Source: Vicugna vicugna | Taxonomy: Eukaryota | Length of the DNA stretch: 26,121 nt | NCBI GenBank assembly: GCA_013265495.1 | Contig: MU058257.1 | Coordinates: 248,001-274,121, forward strand | Reading direction: 5' to 3' | In this document: in pieces, positions 1-11,873 of the stretch | How the letters are laid out: each line of letters starts with the position of its first letter | Position numbering within the stretch: the stretch's first letter is position 1 | The notes under the pieces: model-generated | Database searches by the model: none | What the model was told of the DNA's origin: nothing | What the model saw: only the letters and a program-made list of their open reading frames with translations | Position numbers and translations under genes: made by a program

Positions 1-1289
1 CCTTGGAACGCTCGCTCCCTCTTCATTACCTTAGGAGGGGTGGTGTGACGCGGCACTGAGGGAGCGGTGACCGGGTTGGGGGAAAGGCGCCTGGGTTGGG
101 GGAGAGAATTCAGGGCTTTCTCTGCAATAGGCGCTGTCAGAAAAGCGCCTGTGTGGAGAGGGGAGAAGAGAAGCCCTGGACACAGGCGAGGAGGCTGTGC
201 TGGACGTGTGTGTGACCCCAGGACGTCATCGGGGACTGAGAGCCTTGTCTCCTTGAGCCAGTTGCTTACGTCACTAGGGGTTTGCCTTTTCCCAAATACA
301 GAGCTCAGAAGGAAATTCTAGGCTGCGGGGATACTGTTCGTTAGCTTCTGTTGTGTGGTCTGCGGAGTACACACGTAACACAGGCCTTTGCCTTTTGAGC
401 GTTTGGCTATTCTAGGAGTTTGTGGATGTTTCATAGTTACGGTGTGTGACCTGATCAGCTTTCTTACAAGGTTTTCATTTCATTTCTTTTCATCTGTTAT
501 TTTATGGTCAAGTTCTGTCTTGCAACACTGGTTTTGAACCCAGGGTTCTCATTTATTTTCCACATATAAAATAGATAAAATCAGGGCTGGGTTTGGGTAG
601 GAGAGAAGAAAACTCACCCCACACTCTCAACCTGTAGGCCTCTCAGGAACTCAGTTAGAAAACTGTCCTCATGTAGCTGACGTGGAGAAATCGCTGGTAA
701 CTGAGGTGGAGTGGATGTCCGCTTACTTGTCAAGAATTGAGAACGTCCTGAGAAAGCTCTTAGAAAACGTCTGGAAAAACAAGCTGCCAAGTGGGCGAAA
801 ATGAATGCAGGACAAACCTCATGGATGAAGTAACAATTCCTCTCTCTAGCTCCCCCCGTAGACTTACTAAGCACCTGCCCGCAGCCCCGGGCTCGGGAAG
901 GCTGGGTTGGTCGGTCCCTGTCACTCCGGGGTCAGGGGCAGGACCTGGAATCCACGTCCGATTGCTCACACACCAAACCGCTTGTCATCTGGCTTCTAAG
1001 TCTAGACGTGTTGATAGGGAGAGAGGAGCTGTGTCAGCTGTAACTCAGCAGTGGCAAACGGGGACAGGTGTCCACAGCAGGGGGCAGGCCGGAGAAAGAG
1101 ATAAAAGAACTCAAAGGCGAAGGAGTCTGGTCACAAACAGCTTTTGAGAAGTCCATGAGAGCCGTGGCCCCATCCCAGGAAAGTGCACATCCGCAGAAGC
1201 GTGCGCTCAGGGCGTTCCCTAGGGGTCGTTGGACCCCAGCTTGCCAGCAAGTGACGCTGAAGGACTGTTAGAACCTCATACAGAAGTGG

Positions 1290-1485
1290 TGTGTCTTGGT
1301 GGCCAGAACTTTGTTTTGGAATCAGATCTAAGTTCGTATCCTGGCACAGGCACTTAACTGGTCACTAATGTTACTCTGGGCACGTTCCTAATTCTCCTGA
1401 GCCTCGATCTCCCCATCTGTAAAATGGGATAATAATACTTACTAACTGCAACTGTTGTGAGTACCAGAAATTATCTGTGTATGAA
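1290..1485 (+). mobile_element. MIR SINE
   Basis: Core ctgagcctcgatctccccatctgtaaaatgggataataatac resembles the recalled MIR consensus; B-box-like gttcgtatcc. Confidence 0.85.
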
Positions 1486-1486
1486 C

Positions 1487-1560
1487 TGTGTGTGTCTGCA
1501 CCCACACACAAGACGTGTGTGTATACATGTATGTGTCTGTATGTATATATGTATACACAT
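1487..1560. repeat. Degenerate (TG/TA)n low-complexity tract
   Basis: gtgtgtatacatgtatgtgtctgtatgtatatatgtatacacat. Confidence 0.7.
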
Positions 1561-2032
1561 GAGGCCGTGTACCTGGATTCTAAAGGTGAGACTTAACAGT
1601 TGTGCAGTTTTACACAGTTATTGGACGTGTTTTAACTAAAGAAATGTTAAGATGATTGTGTCTTAGAACCTGGTACATCTATTGCCTGATACTTAAGAGC
1701 TGTCATGTACTGATGGCTGCTGGCAGTGGAGGTAGTATGATGGTTTGAGTTGGTTTTTTTTGTTTGATTTATTTGGTGGATGGTTTCAGGCCAGCTGTTT
1801 CCTAGAATTCCCTGTTGTCCGCTGATGATTCAGCACACTCTGCTCGATCTGGCATTTGAAGCTTCCTCTGCTGTGGCATTTTCCTTTGTTCCTGCCCACC
1901 CTCTACCTGGGCTGTCCCGCTCTCTCTCAACTTGATACCTTCATTTTCCAGGCCCACGGCCCATGCCAGACTCACCCTCTCTCTCCCTTCCTTGAAATTT
2001 GGTAGATGATTTGTAAGCTGATTACTCCAGAC

Positions 2033-2358
2033 CAGTGCTGTCCTAGAGAAAGGTGAGGTGAACCACCTGTGTCATTTAAAATTTTCTAGTTCAGAAAGTT
2101 ACATTAAAAATTTTTTTTTCTAGTTCAGATAGTTACATTAAAAAAAAGGAATCAGGTGAAATTAATTCTAATATATTTTATTTAACCCACTGTATTAAAA
2201 AAATCATTTCAACACATGATGGAAAACATTGCTAACAAGACGTTGGCTTTTCTTGTTACTAAGTGTTTAAAACTGAGTGTGTCTTGTAGTGCATCTTTGG
2301 ATGCTTTGGAATCCTCCCTAAGCGCGTGTGCCTGGCAGTTCCCATGTAGACAACACTC
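2033..2358 (+). mobile_element. MER33-like hAT-Charlie DNA transposon fossil, near full length
   Basis: Left end cagtgctgtcc and right end tagacaacact are decayed TIRs. The internal caggtgaaattaattctaatatattttatttaaccc matches the recalled MER33 consensus. Confidence 0.8.
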
Positions 2359-4278
2359 AACCCTCAGCTAGCACGTAGTGGCTTCCCAGTTGAGAGAGGA
2401 AATGTGGGTGATGGGAGCCCCTTTTCAGCCCCGGGAGCATGCTCCCGAGTCATGGGTCACATGCTCTGAGGCTGGGAATTAACCAGAAATCACCTGCTTT
2501 ACAAATCAGATAGACTGAGTTCAAGTTTAAGATTTCCACATTAGGAAATATGTAAAGCTAACCTTCAGCAGCTCTTTTCTGTGTCTCTTTCAGTATTTCT
2601 GTAGTTTATGTGACAACCTAAAAGAAAGCGCTATTTCTTCCCTCTTTTTCAAAGTGAATGGTCATATGCTTGGAATAACCGGCTGTTGGAATGATAAGTT
2701 TAGGGAGAATCAGTAAAAGTTTGATTGTGGTTCCTGCCCTGTTTCCACTTGAGTGCTGCAGAACATTGTTCGATGACATTTCTGCACGCACGCACTGTTG
2801 AGATGAATTACCACACACTTTCTCGTCTAAGACGCACGAAAGCTGATCACTGGTATCTTGTGTTCCGTTGTCACAGATTCGTGAGACTTGCCATTCTGAA
2901 GTGAAGTTCTCTGTTCCCTAACAGAATCTTCCACTGAGAGTTCTGACCTTCATCTGGTGTGGTCGTAAGAACTCAGCCTGCCTTCGCAGAGGGATCTTTT
3001 ACTAAACTCTGTTTTCTGTTTGTGGTGGTGACAATGGACCAGGATCCGAGAAGGTGCCTCGGGGACCTGGCCTCTGCTGGGGTGGTCCTGCCACACGTAG
3101 CAGCTTCGCTTATGCAGAATCTGCAAGAACTCACGTGCTCGGTTCAGTGTGACTCGGGTGTGATTTATTCCAGTTCCGTTTGAATGCTGAGTCGAGGGTG
3201 GCATCCACGTCCTTCCTTTGGTTCTTCATCCTGGTTTGTTCTCTGCCTTGGGCTGTTGGACTGCGAAGCTGAAATGCTCCCGCATCCTTGAGAGAGGTGT
3301 GTTGTGTAGGAAAGCACTCTTCTGCTTCCCTAGTGGGAGCCGGTCTACGTTGGTGCAGTGTTTGCATTACAGGTGGTTTTTAAAGAAACTAGCCTACAAT
3401 AGCTAATCTTGGCCATTTCTAACCTGATTTCAGGAAAGGGAATTATTTCTGATTAACCCACCAGTTGTCTGTATTATCTTTCTAAATGCTTGGAAACAAG
3501 TTTTAATAAGTTGAAATGCACCCCATAAGCTTGTTAAGTAAATGTTTCTTCTCCTTTTTGTAGTGTAAGTTAGTGACATTTGTAACAAGGAATAACAGGG
3601 AATTTTAAGGTTTCTTCAAAACTGCTTATGGGAACCTGTGTAGCAGGTCACGTGGTGCCACGGTGTTTATGTACGTGCTTGGTTGGAGTTGATGAATACC
3701 TACCTGTTCTAGCTTTGTCCTTTTTTCCTTTTTTTTAGTCATTTTTAACTAAAATTTAGAAGTAATGGCATTTTATGTGTGTAAAATACTTAACAGATTC
3801 TCTGTTGGAAAAACCGAATGCTGCCTGAAGATACACTGTTGTTTTTTTTTCTGATTGAAGCATAAGTCGATTTACAATGTTATGTAAAGACACACTCTGA
3901 GTAACTGTGGGTGAGACGTCCTGAGTTCTGTTTGTGCTGTTCTCATCTTGAAAGAAGTCCTGTCTGGTGCCAGTCACGTGGTGCAGTGACACAAAGGAAA
4001 ATTTCTGTTCAAGGCATCATTAAAGCCTAAAAGTTGTACCACGTTGGAGCCGAGTCTCCACGACCAGCAGACTGTGTTCTCATTTTCTGTCTTCGGCTGG
4101 TTTGGTTTCACATTTATTTCAGTTACGCTTCTTGATAGGAAACACATTGCTTTGTTGGCAGCAAGCAGCGTTCCATAAGTGTCTTACGCAGAGCTCGTCC
4201 TGTTCAGAGCGCTGAAGGTACAAAATAACATGGCTCTTCCTGTTGACCTCTGGACAGTGATGACTTCCCTCTTTGCAG

Positions 4279-4382
4279 GCATCGGGATGGATACCTGTGT
4301 CATTCCCCTGCGGCACGGTGGTCTTTCCTTGGTTCAAACCACAGATTACATTTACCCCATCGTCGATGACCCTTACATGATG
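4279..4382 (+). CDS. SEPHS1: SEPHS1 coding exon (human exon 3 equivalent), 104 nt, (G)[34 protein letters not shown]
   Basis: Acceptor ctctttgcag|GC and donor ATG|gtgagt. The peptide matches recalled SEPHS1 residues ~65-99, including the SelD/PurM-family aspartates in GMD and TTD. Confidence 0.97.
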
Positions 4383-6231
4383 GTGAGTTTGACCTGATTT
4401 GTTTCTACACCTGGAACTGCTTACTCATCTGGTTGGGGTGGCGGCTGGGGTTTTGTACATGATGTGTGGGGTTTTTTGTTCTTGTTTTATCCAGATTGTT
4501 CTCATCCCACCCTGCCCTGACTCCCGTGGTTGTGGGTCTGATTTGATCGACCCCTTGCTCACACCGGGTACCGTGCACAAGGCAGTTTAGGCGGACGTGG
4601 GGCGTCTGTCGGCTGCTTCCGTACCTGTGTGTGTGTATGTCCCCGAACACCTGGTCAGCGTGTCTGTTCGCCAGCGTATTTGTGGTTTTCTTCATTTTCT
4701 TGTCCTTGACATTTGTAGACTCCACGCTCCTGTGTTTCACCATCCTCTGTAATAGGACTGATCCTCGATGTTTCCATCCAGAAAAAACAGAGCTTAGCAT
4801 CTGAGCATAATTAGCTGCCCACCTGTCCTGACTCTGGTCCCTCCCCTCACCGTGCTTTACTCCACGGCGCAGCAAGTGCGTCTGCCTCCTGCTCACGTGC
4901 TGCTCGGGCACCTGCACCTGCTCACACCAGGGCTGCTGCCATCAACCCCCCGCCCCACTGGACCCCTCCACCTTGCCAGCCGGGAGAGCCGAGGTTGGGA
5001 ACATCCTATCAATAGGAAGCCCCAGGGGCCCTTCCTTGTGCCAAGGGCCCTGGAATCAAGCCACCCACGTGAGAACTGAGGCCGGGAGGCAGCTTGGTGC
5101 AGGGAGGGGTGTTCACCTCCCACGTGCTGAGACAGGTGCACAGGTCCCCAGAAGCCTGTTTCTCCCCGACACGCCCGCGCTTCTCTAGAGCAGGGCTCCT
5201 GAGGGACTGTGGCCCGCCATGGCCCAGGTGTCCCGCCTGACAGTCCCAGGGTGGCTAGAACCAGAATTCATCCTATGCCAGCATCTCGTAAAACCGCCCG
5301 AGTGCCCAGAACAGGAGGAGCAGCAAGTCGCTGCCGCCTGACCTGTGGTTGGCACCCCCGAGCTGCCGGCCACACTGCCGTTACCCGTGAGTCACTGAGG
5401 GCGGTCGGGCCACTGCCGACCTGCCAGGAAGTCGTCAGAAAACAGCAACAAGCAGTGACTCGGCCACAGAAAGTGATAGTGACTTGGAGTTTGATTACCC
5501 TGATGTCAGAAGAGAACTTTGTCATTTTCTCCTTTATTGTCTAGACAGAGGCAACGTGTATTTTAGAAAATCTCTGTTGGCAGTAAAAAACCTTTACTGC
5601 CGCATTTCTGTTGAATACTGTTTCAGAGTTCCTCGCTAGGACCATACAGTTTACTGGGCAAGGCTTCCCTGTTTCTTTAGAAAACAAGCTGACTTCAGGC
5701 CTGGATATTGTTCGTTTCTTCATTTTTTTTTTTCTCAAACAAGATGATTTTCCTGTTTATCTCACACAGCCTTGAAAAGAAGCTCCAAAAATTCTCCACC
5801 CGAGTGTATAAAACCCACCTTCTCTATAACCCGTGGGATCTGTTCAGCATAAGTGGCTGTTGCCACATTTTCTTTAGGATAGTTGTTTTCAAACCTTTCT
5901 GCTCCGACTCTCCCTCCAGCGCCATCCGCTCCAAGCGTGTTTCCCCCCGACATCGCCCCCCTCCCCGTTCCCATCTCAGTAAACCTTATGCTCTAGCATG
6001 GGACGGAATGGGGGGATTGTTCGTCCCACACAAGGAAGGAGAGGCGGTGACAGGAGTGTCTGCGAGTGGTTTTGTGACCCTGGAAAGGTCGTGAGTCTGG
6101 GACTCACAGACACCCAGGAGGACCACGTCCCCGGAATGTCCCCAAGTCTTGGTGCCGCCCCGCAGCCCGGCTCCTTGTTCTGCACATGGAAAGCCCCCTT
6201 CATCCTCACTCACACCTCCTCTCTCTTCCAG

Positions 6232-6339
6232 GGCAGGATAGCCTGTGCCAACGTCCTCAGTGACCTCTACGCCATGGGGGTCACCGAATGTGACAATATG
6301 CTGATGCTTCTTGGAATTAGCAATAAAATGACCGACCGG
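6232..6339 (+). CDS. SEPHS1: SEPHS1 coding exon 4, 108 nt, [36 protein letters not shown]
   Basis: Acceptor ctctcttccag|GGC and donor CGG|gtaagt; phase 0-0. Contains the conserved [11 protein letters not shown] motif. Confidence 0.97.
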
Positions 6340-7264
6340 GTAAGTGGAGACAGTCAGGCTGCTGCCTGGGCTGTGGTCGGGGCCCCTCACTTGCCTGCTT
6401 GGCCTTCTTTCCCTCCGTGAAGTGAGGAGCCCAGTCTGTCCACATCCCGTCCGCTCTCTGCCTCTTGGCGGCGAGCGGTGAGTTAAAATAGCCTGGCTTG
6501 TTCGTGTTTCCATTCCCGCCACCTGCTTCCCTTTCTCCCTCCTGGGCGGACCGAAGCCAAGATGTTTGCGTGTTTGTTTTCATGAACTTTTGGCTGCAGT
6601 AATAGCACCTCTGTGCCAGGCCCGTGGCCCGCCCAGAGCGCAGTGCTCAGGGCAGGCAGCACGCTCTTTGGTCGCTGGATGGATGGTGATGTGGACAGTG
6701 GCGGGGTCGGGGTGTCCCTCGTGTTCGGGCGCCCACCGGGCAGTGCCTCTGACCGCACGGCCTGTACTTGTTGTTTGACCCAGAGGGGAGTTCCTGTTTA
6801 GAGCATTGTCGACAGGTCCTTGGTTTCGTCCCCCAGTTTGCCCTGTGCGTGGAAACGTAGGTCCAGCAGGCCCTCTTCCGCCCCTGCCCGTGCCCTTGGG
6901 GCCTTGCCGTGCACAGCTGTTGGGGGCAGGTGTGTGGGTACATGTTAAGCTGGTCTTGGGATCCTTAAGGACCATTCAGAGAGCTGGCTCAGATCCAGGG
7001 CAGCCCTGTGCACCCCGTCGTATTCCAGCTTCACTTCTGCTGTCTGGGTTTCATTCACATTGTAACCTGGAACCTTGTCCCACTTTGGGTAAAGTGGCTA
7101 CAGCGTGGAGCCTCCCCCCCACTTTCTGTCACTCCCTGCCCCTGTTGAGCTCCGGGACTTCCTCTGAGGGTTTACGGTCTTCTTATAACTACAAGTGTAG
7201 TCTCTCTCTTCTGGGTTTTGAGCTGAATTATGTGACTTTTAATTTGTGTCCTTTTAAACCCTAG

Positions 7265-7419
7265 GAAAGGGATAAAGTGATGCCCCTAATTATACAGGGT
7301 TTTAAAGATGCAGCAGAGGAGGCAGGAACTTCTGTGACGGGCGGCCAGACCGTGCTCAACCCCTGGATTGTTCTCGGAGGCGTGGCCACAACCGTCTGCC
7401 AGCCCAACGAGTTTATCAT
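7265..7419 (+). CDS. SEPHS1: SEPHS1 coding exon 5, 155 nt, [51 protein letters not shown](M)
   Basis: Not in the ORF track; translated by hand. Acceptor aaaccctag|GAA and donor AT|gtgagt; contains the GGQT motif; the frame joins exons 4 and 6. Confidence 0.97.
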
Positions 7420-7467
7420 GTGAGTGGGCTTTGCTCCCGTCCCCTGGCCCTGTTCTCTCTCTCTCTG

Positions 7468-7760
7468 TTTTAATAGGTTTGTGGAGATACTGATTTGCAT
7501 GCCATACAATTCACTTATTTGAGGTACACAGTTCAGTGGTCTCTGGTATATTCACAGAGTTACTTCGCCATCACCGGAGTCGACTCGAGAACACTTCCAT
7601 CCTCCCAGCGAGAAACCCCATCCCTCTTCGTTGTCACACACCCCACCCCACGCCCAGCCCGACCCTGGCTGCTTTCACTTCACAGAATATTAGCATAGCT
7701 TTTTATAAAGTTTCATTTGTTTTGTAGCGTGTATCAGTACTTCGTTCTTGTTTTTTTCAA
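7468..7760 (-). mobile_element. Old L1 (L1MB-like) 3' end fragment
   Basis: catacaattcacttatttgaggtacacagttcagtgg...tatattcacagagt...ccatcacc resembles the antisense L1MB 3' terminus. Confidence 0.75.
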
Positions 7761-7769
7761 AATTTTAGG

Positions 7770-8600
7770 TGTTTTTTATTAAAGTGTAATTCATATGGCA
7801 GAATTTCACAGAGTGTAAAATTTAACTTTTTTAAGTATACAACTTAATAGATTTTAGTATTCACAAAGTTGTGCAGCCATCACCACCCTCCATTTCCAGA
7901 ACATTTCCATCTCCCCAGAAAGGACACCTTGTACCCATAGCAGTCTCTCCCAGTTCCCTCCTCCCTGCCCTGTGGAAACCCTGACTCTCCTTTCTGTCTG
8001 TGGATTTTTCTGTTTCAGACATTTCAGAGAAATGGAATCATGCAACGTGATGTTTCACGTCCGGCTCCCTTCACTTAGCAGAGCTTTTTCATCCACGTTG
8101 CACATGTGTCAGGACTTCCTTCCTTTTTCTGGCTGAATAATACTGCGTTGTGTGACATCCCACAGTTTGTGCCTCCACTCGTAGGTCGTGGGCCCTTGAG
8201 TCGTGTCCCCCTGTTGTGAGTGATGCTCGCGTGCTCGTTCACACGCGGATTCTCTGTGTGGATATACCTTCTGGTTCCCTGGAGTGGCGACCTGAGGATT
8301 GCTGGGTGACGCGGTAACTCTGTTCAGTTTGACGGGCTGTCAGACTGTTTTCCAAAGCAGCTGCGCCATTTTACATTCCCAGCAGCCATGGGTGAGGGCT
8401 CGGCGCCTCGGCGGCCTCGCCCAACCTCGTTCCTGTCTCCTTGACACTGCCCATCCCGGTGAGCGGAGGCGGCGTCTCGCTGGGTCTTGACTTGCGTCGC
8501 CTGGTGGCGGACGCTGTCAGCGTCTCTTCATGTGCCTTCTGGGCCATTTCTAGCTCTTTGGAGAAGCTTCTCTCCTAACAACGTTGTCCCTTTTCTTGTT
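7770..8600 (-). mobile_element. Old L1 (L1MB-like) 3' UTR plus the end of ORF2
   Basis: gtattcacaaagttgtgcagccatcaccac, aaatggaatcat, and cagactgttttccaaagcagctgcgccattttacattcccagcagc are typical antisense L1M blocks. Confidence 0.88.
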
Positions 8601-9927
8601 TGATGTCTTATTAAGAACAGCCACCTTGTCCTGTTCGCTGAAGGAAGTAGACACTCCACTTGTCTACCTGATTTTGTGAAGAGGAGATGTGTTGGCCTGG
8701 TTCAGAATTCAGGGGGTGACAGGCCCTGCAGGACAGAGTCCCTCACTTGTCCCTCAGCCACCAGTGTCCCTCCTGGGGGTGAGCACTGTTACCAGCCTTG
8801 GCTGTCTTTAACCAGGTTACTGTTGACAGTTAGGTTAGCTTCAGGTATGCTGACATTACAGATAGTCTCCAGTGCATAGATCTCCTTGCATACTACGTGT
8901 GGCTCTTGGGAAGAGGCTTTTCAAAGTGAAATTCCTGAGTAGGGCACCTGTGCACCGTAACTTGGATAGACGTGTCCAGTTTGCCCTTTGTAGAGGCCCC
9001 CCCACAGCAGTGGGTGCCAGGCTCCGACCAGCACAGCAGGGTGGCAGGCCCCCTGGCCTTTGCCTTGCCCCTGGGAGTAAGGGTGAGCGTATTTCTTGTA
9101 CATTCCTATCGTTTGCCCTTTTCTGGAGGGTGGGAGCTCCTCTCAGAGCCATTGTGCAGCAGCTGTCGTGTTAAAGGTTTTGCATTTTACCTCCATCCAG
9201 GTTTTATTTTCCCATATTTACATTGATGGTTCTCAAACTCTCCACTTAGATGGGACAAGAGATCCCAAAGTCCATGCGTCTCCCTCATTCCAGCTTTCCC
9301 ATGGAACAAGAAGCCAGCGATAGTCAAAAATGAGAGAGGAAAAAAATAATAAAACAAGCTTCAGTGAATTTTTTGTCAACAACATGAGTGTTTACTTTGT
9401 AAAATAAGAATGCACACAAACTTAAAAATAACCCAGCAATCTTATCACACTTAACTTGCTCATAGATATCTGTAGGTTGCACATAACCAGTGATGCACAA
9501 GAATACGCCAGCTCTGAGGGTGGCTGAGTCAGAGCTGAACGACATTTCTGTCTTAAGGTCTGGTTTTTGGAAAGTGAGTTTCTTGTGCATCATCTGAGAG
9601 TTAATATTTTTTGACGCTAACAGTGGACACAGATGTAACCGGATGAGTCAGGGAGCTGGTTGATTTTCACATCTTGCACGTGGCTCTCTAACCAGCTTGG
9701 ATGAGTGTTGGAGTCTGTGGCCTCCTCAGTTTTCTTTTAGTATTTTGTTCAGCATCGTCTCAGTAGCAAGCTGATGAAGCTCTAATACGTGGCAGTAGTT
9801 GGTTTACACTTAAGTTCGCGTTTGCAAAGACATGGGTGGATTTGCCAGCCTCTTTCTCCTGTTTAACTGATGCTGAATTGTCTCCGTGGTTAATCTGACG
9901 AGGGGCTGCCTGTGTTCTCTTCCTCAG

Positions 9928-10018
9928 GCCGGATAATGCGGTGCCGGGGGACGTGCTGGTGCTGACGAAGCCCCTGGGGACGCAGGTGGCGGTGGCCGTG
10001 CACCAGTGGCTGGACATT
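9928..10018 (+). CDS. SEPHS1: SEPHS1 coding exon 6, 91 nt, (M)[30 protein letters not shown]
   Basis: Acceptor ttctcttcctcag|G and donor ATT|gtgagt. Contains the [11 protein letters not shown] motif of SelD/PurM-like proteins. Confidence 0.97.
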
Positions 10019-11765
10019 GTGAGTGATCACGCCTCCCGGGCCAGCAGTGTGTCTTCCAGACTGAGCTCCTCTAGCCGGAGTGCCAGGGGGCTCAGGGTCA
10101 GTGCCGTCCTGGCAGAAACCCTGGGGGCCGTCCCTGTTCTCCTACTGAATCAAGGCCACATGTATCAGGCGCTTTAAAGTAGGGGAGCCTCTGCCTGGTG
10201 CTCAGAGATGCCCCTCGAAGAGAATCTAGGAGGCAGTGAGTTCTGATTGTCTCTTCATCTTGTGCTGAGACGACCAGGTCTTTCACCTCTTAAGCATCAC
10301 CAAAAATCAACACAGAGGAGAATGTGCAGATTTTGACGTCTGGGGTGTAAATAAGGCCAGGCTTTTTGACAGATTCTTTTAGTCGTGAGGTTTTTGGTTA
10401 TTTCTGGTTGGTGGTTTTGTCTTTTTTAAACTAATTAGCAACTCAACATTTTGATAAATATCTGGTGGTGAAAACATCTAGAATATAAAGATATTTACCC
10501 TGAGTCACTTCTGAGCTGTAATCCTCAATTCTTCATTTAAGACTTTTTTCATTGCCATAACAACTCAAAACGTCATACGCTTGTGGTGTAATCTCACATA
10601 TCTCAGTGCTTTTAATTTCTACAACTGTCATCTGAAACCACCAGCCCTGAGGAACAGTTGAAAAAGAACAATTTTATGTTATTCATCAACCAGATATATC
10701 TTAGTCTGACATAACAGAGCAGAGGAAATCTCCTAAAGAGACCACGTGTGTTAGTTTTTTTTTCCTTCTCATCCTGTGATGGTGGGGAGATTTCCCATCA
10801 AAGCAGATCACAGGGCCATTACAGGGCAGTAATCCAGGTCGCTTCCCAGTACGGCTGTCCAGGCCTGAGTAATTTTATTTAGCGAGGGAGCAGGTGAGGC
10901 AAAGGGGATCCAAGATGAGGGGCTTTGGGGTCCTTCTGTTCGCCTCACCCCCAACTTGCTCCTGCCTTTGCCTTTTTACCCATTTCTTAAGAATGCTCAG
11001 CGTTGAAAACGAATTTCAAGCCTAACTAACAGCACAGTACCCTTTCATAAGGTCGGAAGCAACCGGAGAGTATGGTTTGGGCCTCGATACTAGGAGGATG
11101 CTGGTTTTTGAAAGGTGGGGAAATGACACGTATAGAATAGGGAATCATTGCTACCTGGGGTTGGGGGGTGCATTGGGATAAGGGAGGGACACAGACTCAA
11201 GTTATGACGTCAGTGGTAGATTCCTGGGTATTACTGAAGAATGAGTGAACACAGGATGCTGGCCATTAATGGACCATGATGGTGGTATGTCCTGAACCCA
11301 GCATCATGATGCCAGATCCTTTGAGAATCAGGCTGACGAGAAAGGGAGGTGAGGGGTCTTTCAAAGGATGTCCTGTGTGCTCACCCACGGCTGCCCTCGG
11401 TGCTGTTACAACAGAGGTTGTTCCCCGTTCATTCATCCATCAAGAGGACTTGATCCCAAAATTCAGGGAACGTCAGTAAGAGTATAATTACATGAAAAAT
11501 GAAAACCATCAGCTTAGCAGAGGAGATGGGGAGACCCCCAGGACACTGAGAACTACTGCTGCCCTGGCACGGAGGAGCGGCTGCAGCCAGGGTAGCACAG
11601 CCGTCTGCCCGGCTGGCTTCATGGGTCCAGTAAACTGCCGTGTTCGACTGCGGACGTGTGGCTGCGACCAGTGACGCTAGGTCTCACGGACACCTAGGCT
11701 AATAGTCCCAGAGGAGTTAGGAAACTAGATTTTCAGAAAAAATTATTTATTTACTGTTGTGTAAA

Positions 11766-11873
11766 TTTTTTTGGCAGCGGAGGGAGGTAATTAGGTTTAT
11801 TTATTTTTACTGGAGGTGTTGGGGATTGAACCCAGGATATTAAGCATGCGCTCTACTGAGCTGTACCCTCCCC
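11766..11873 (-). mobile_element. Camelid tRNA-derived SINE (Vic-1-like), internally deleted
   Basis: The reverse complement reads ggggagggtacagctcagtagagcgcatgcttaatatcctgggttcaatcccc...aaataaataaacctaattacctccc. It shares its 3' block with the copy at 22303. Confidence 0.85.

Noticed and set aside
220..320. Faint MIR/L2-like fragments (also ~1880-1990, 9330-9500 and 23600-23810)
   Set aside because: Too diverged to assign by eye.
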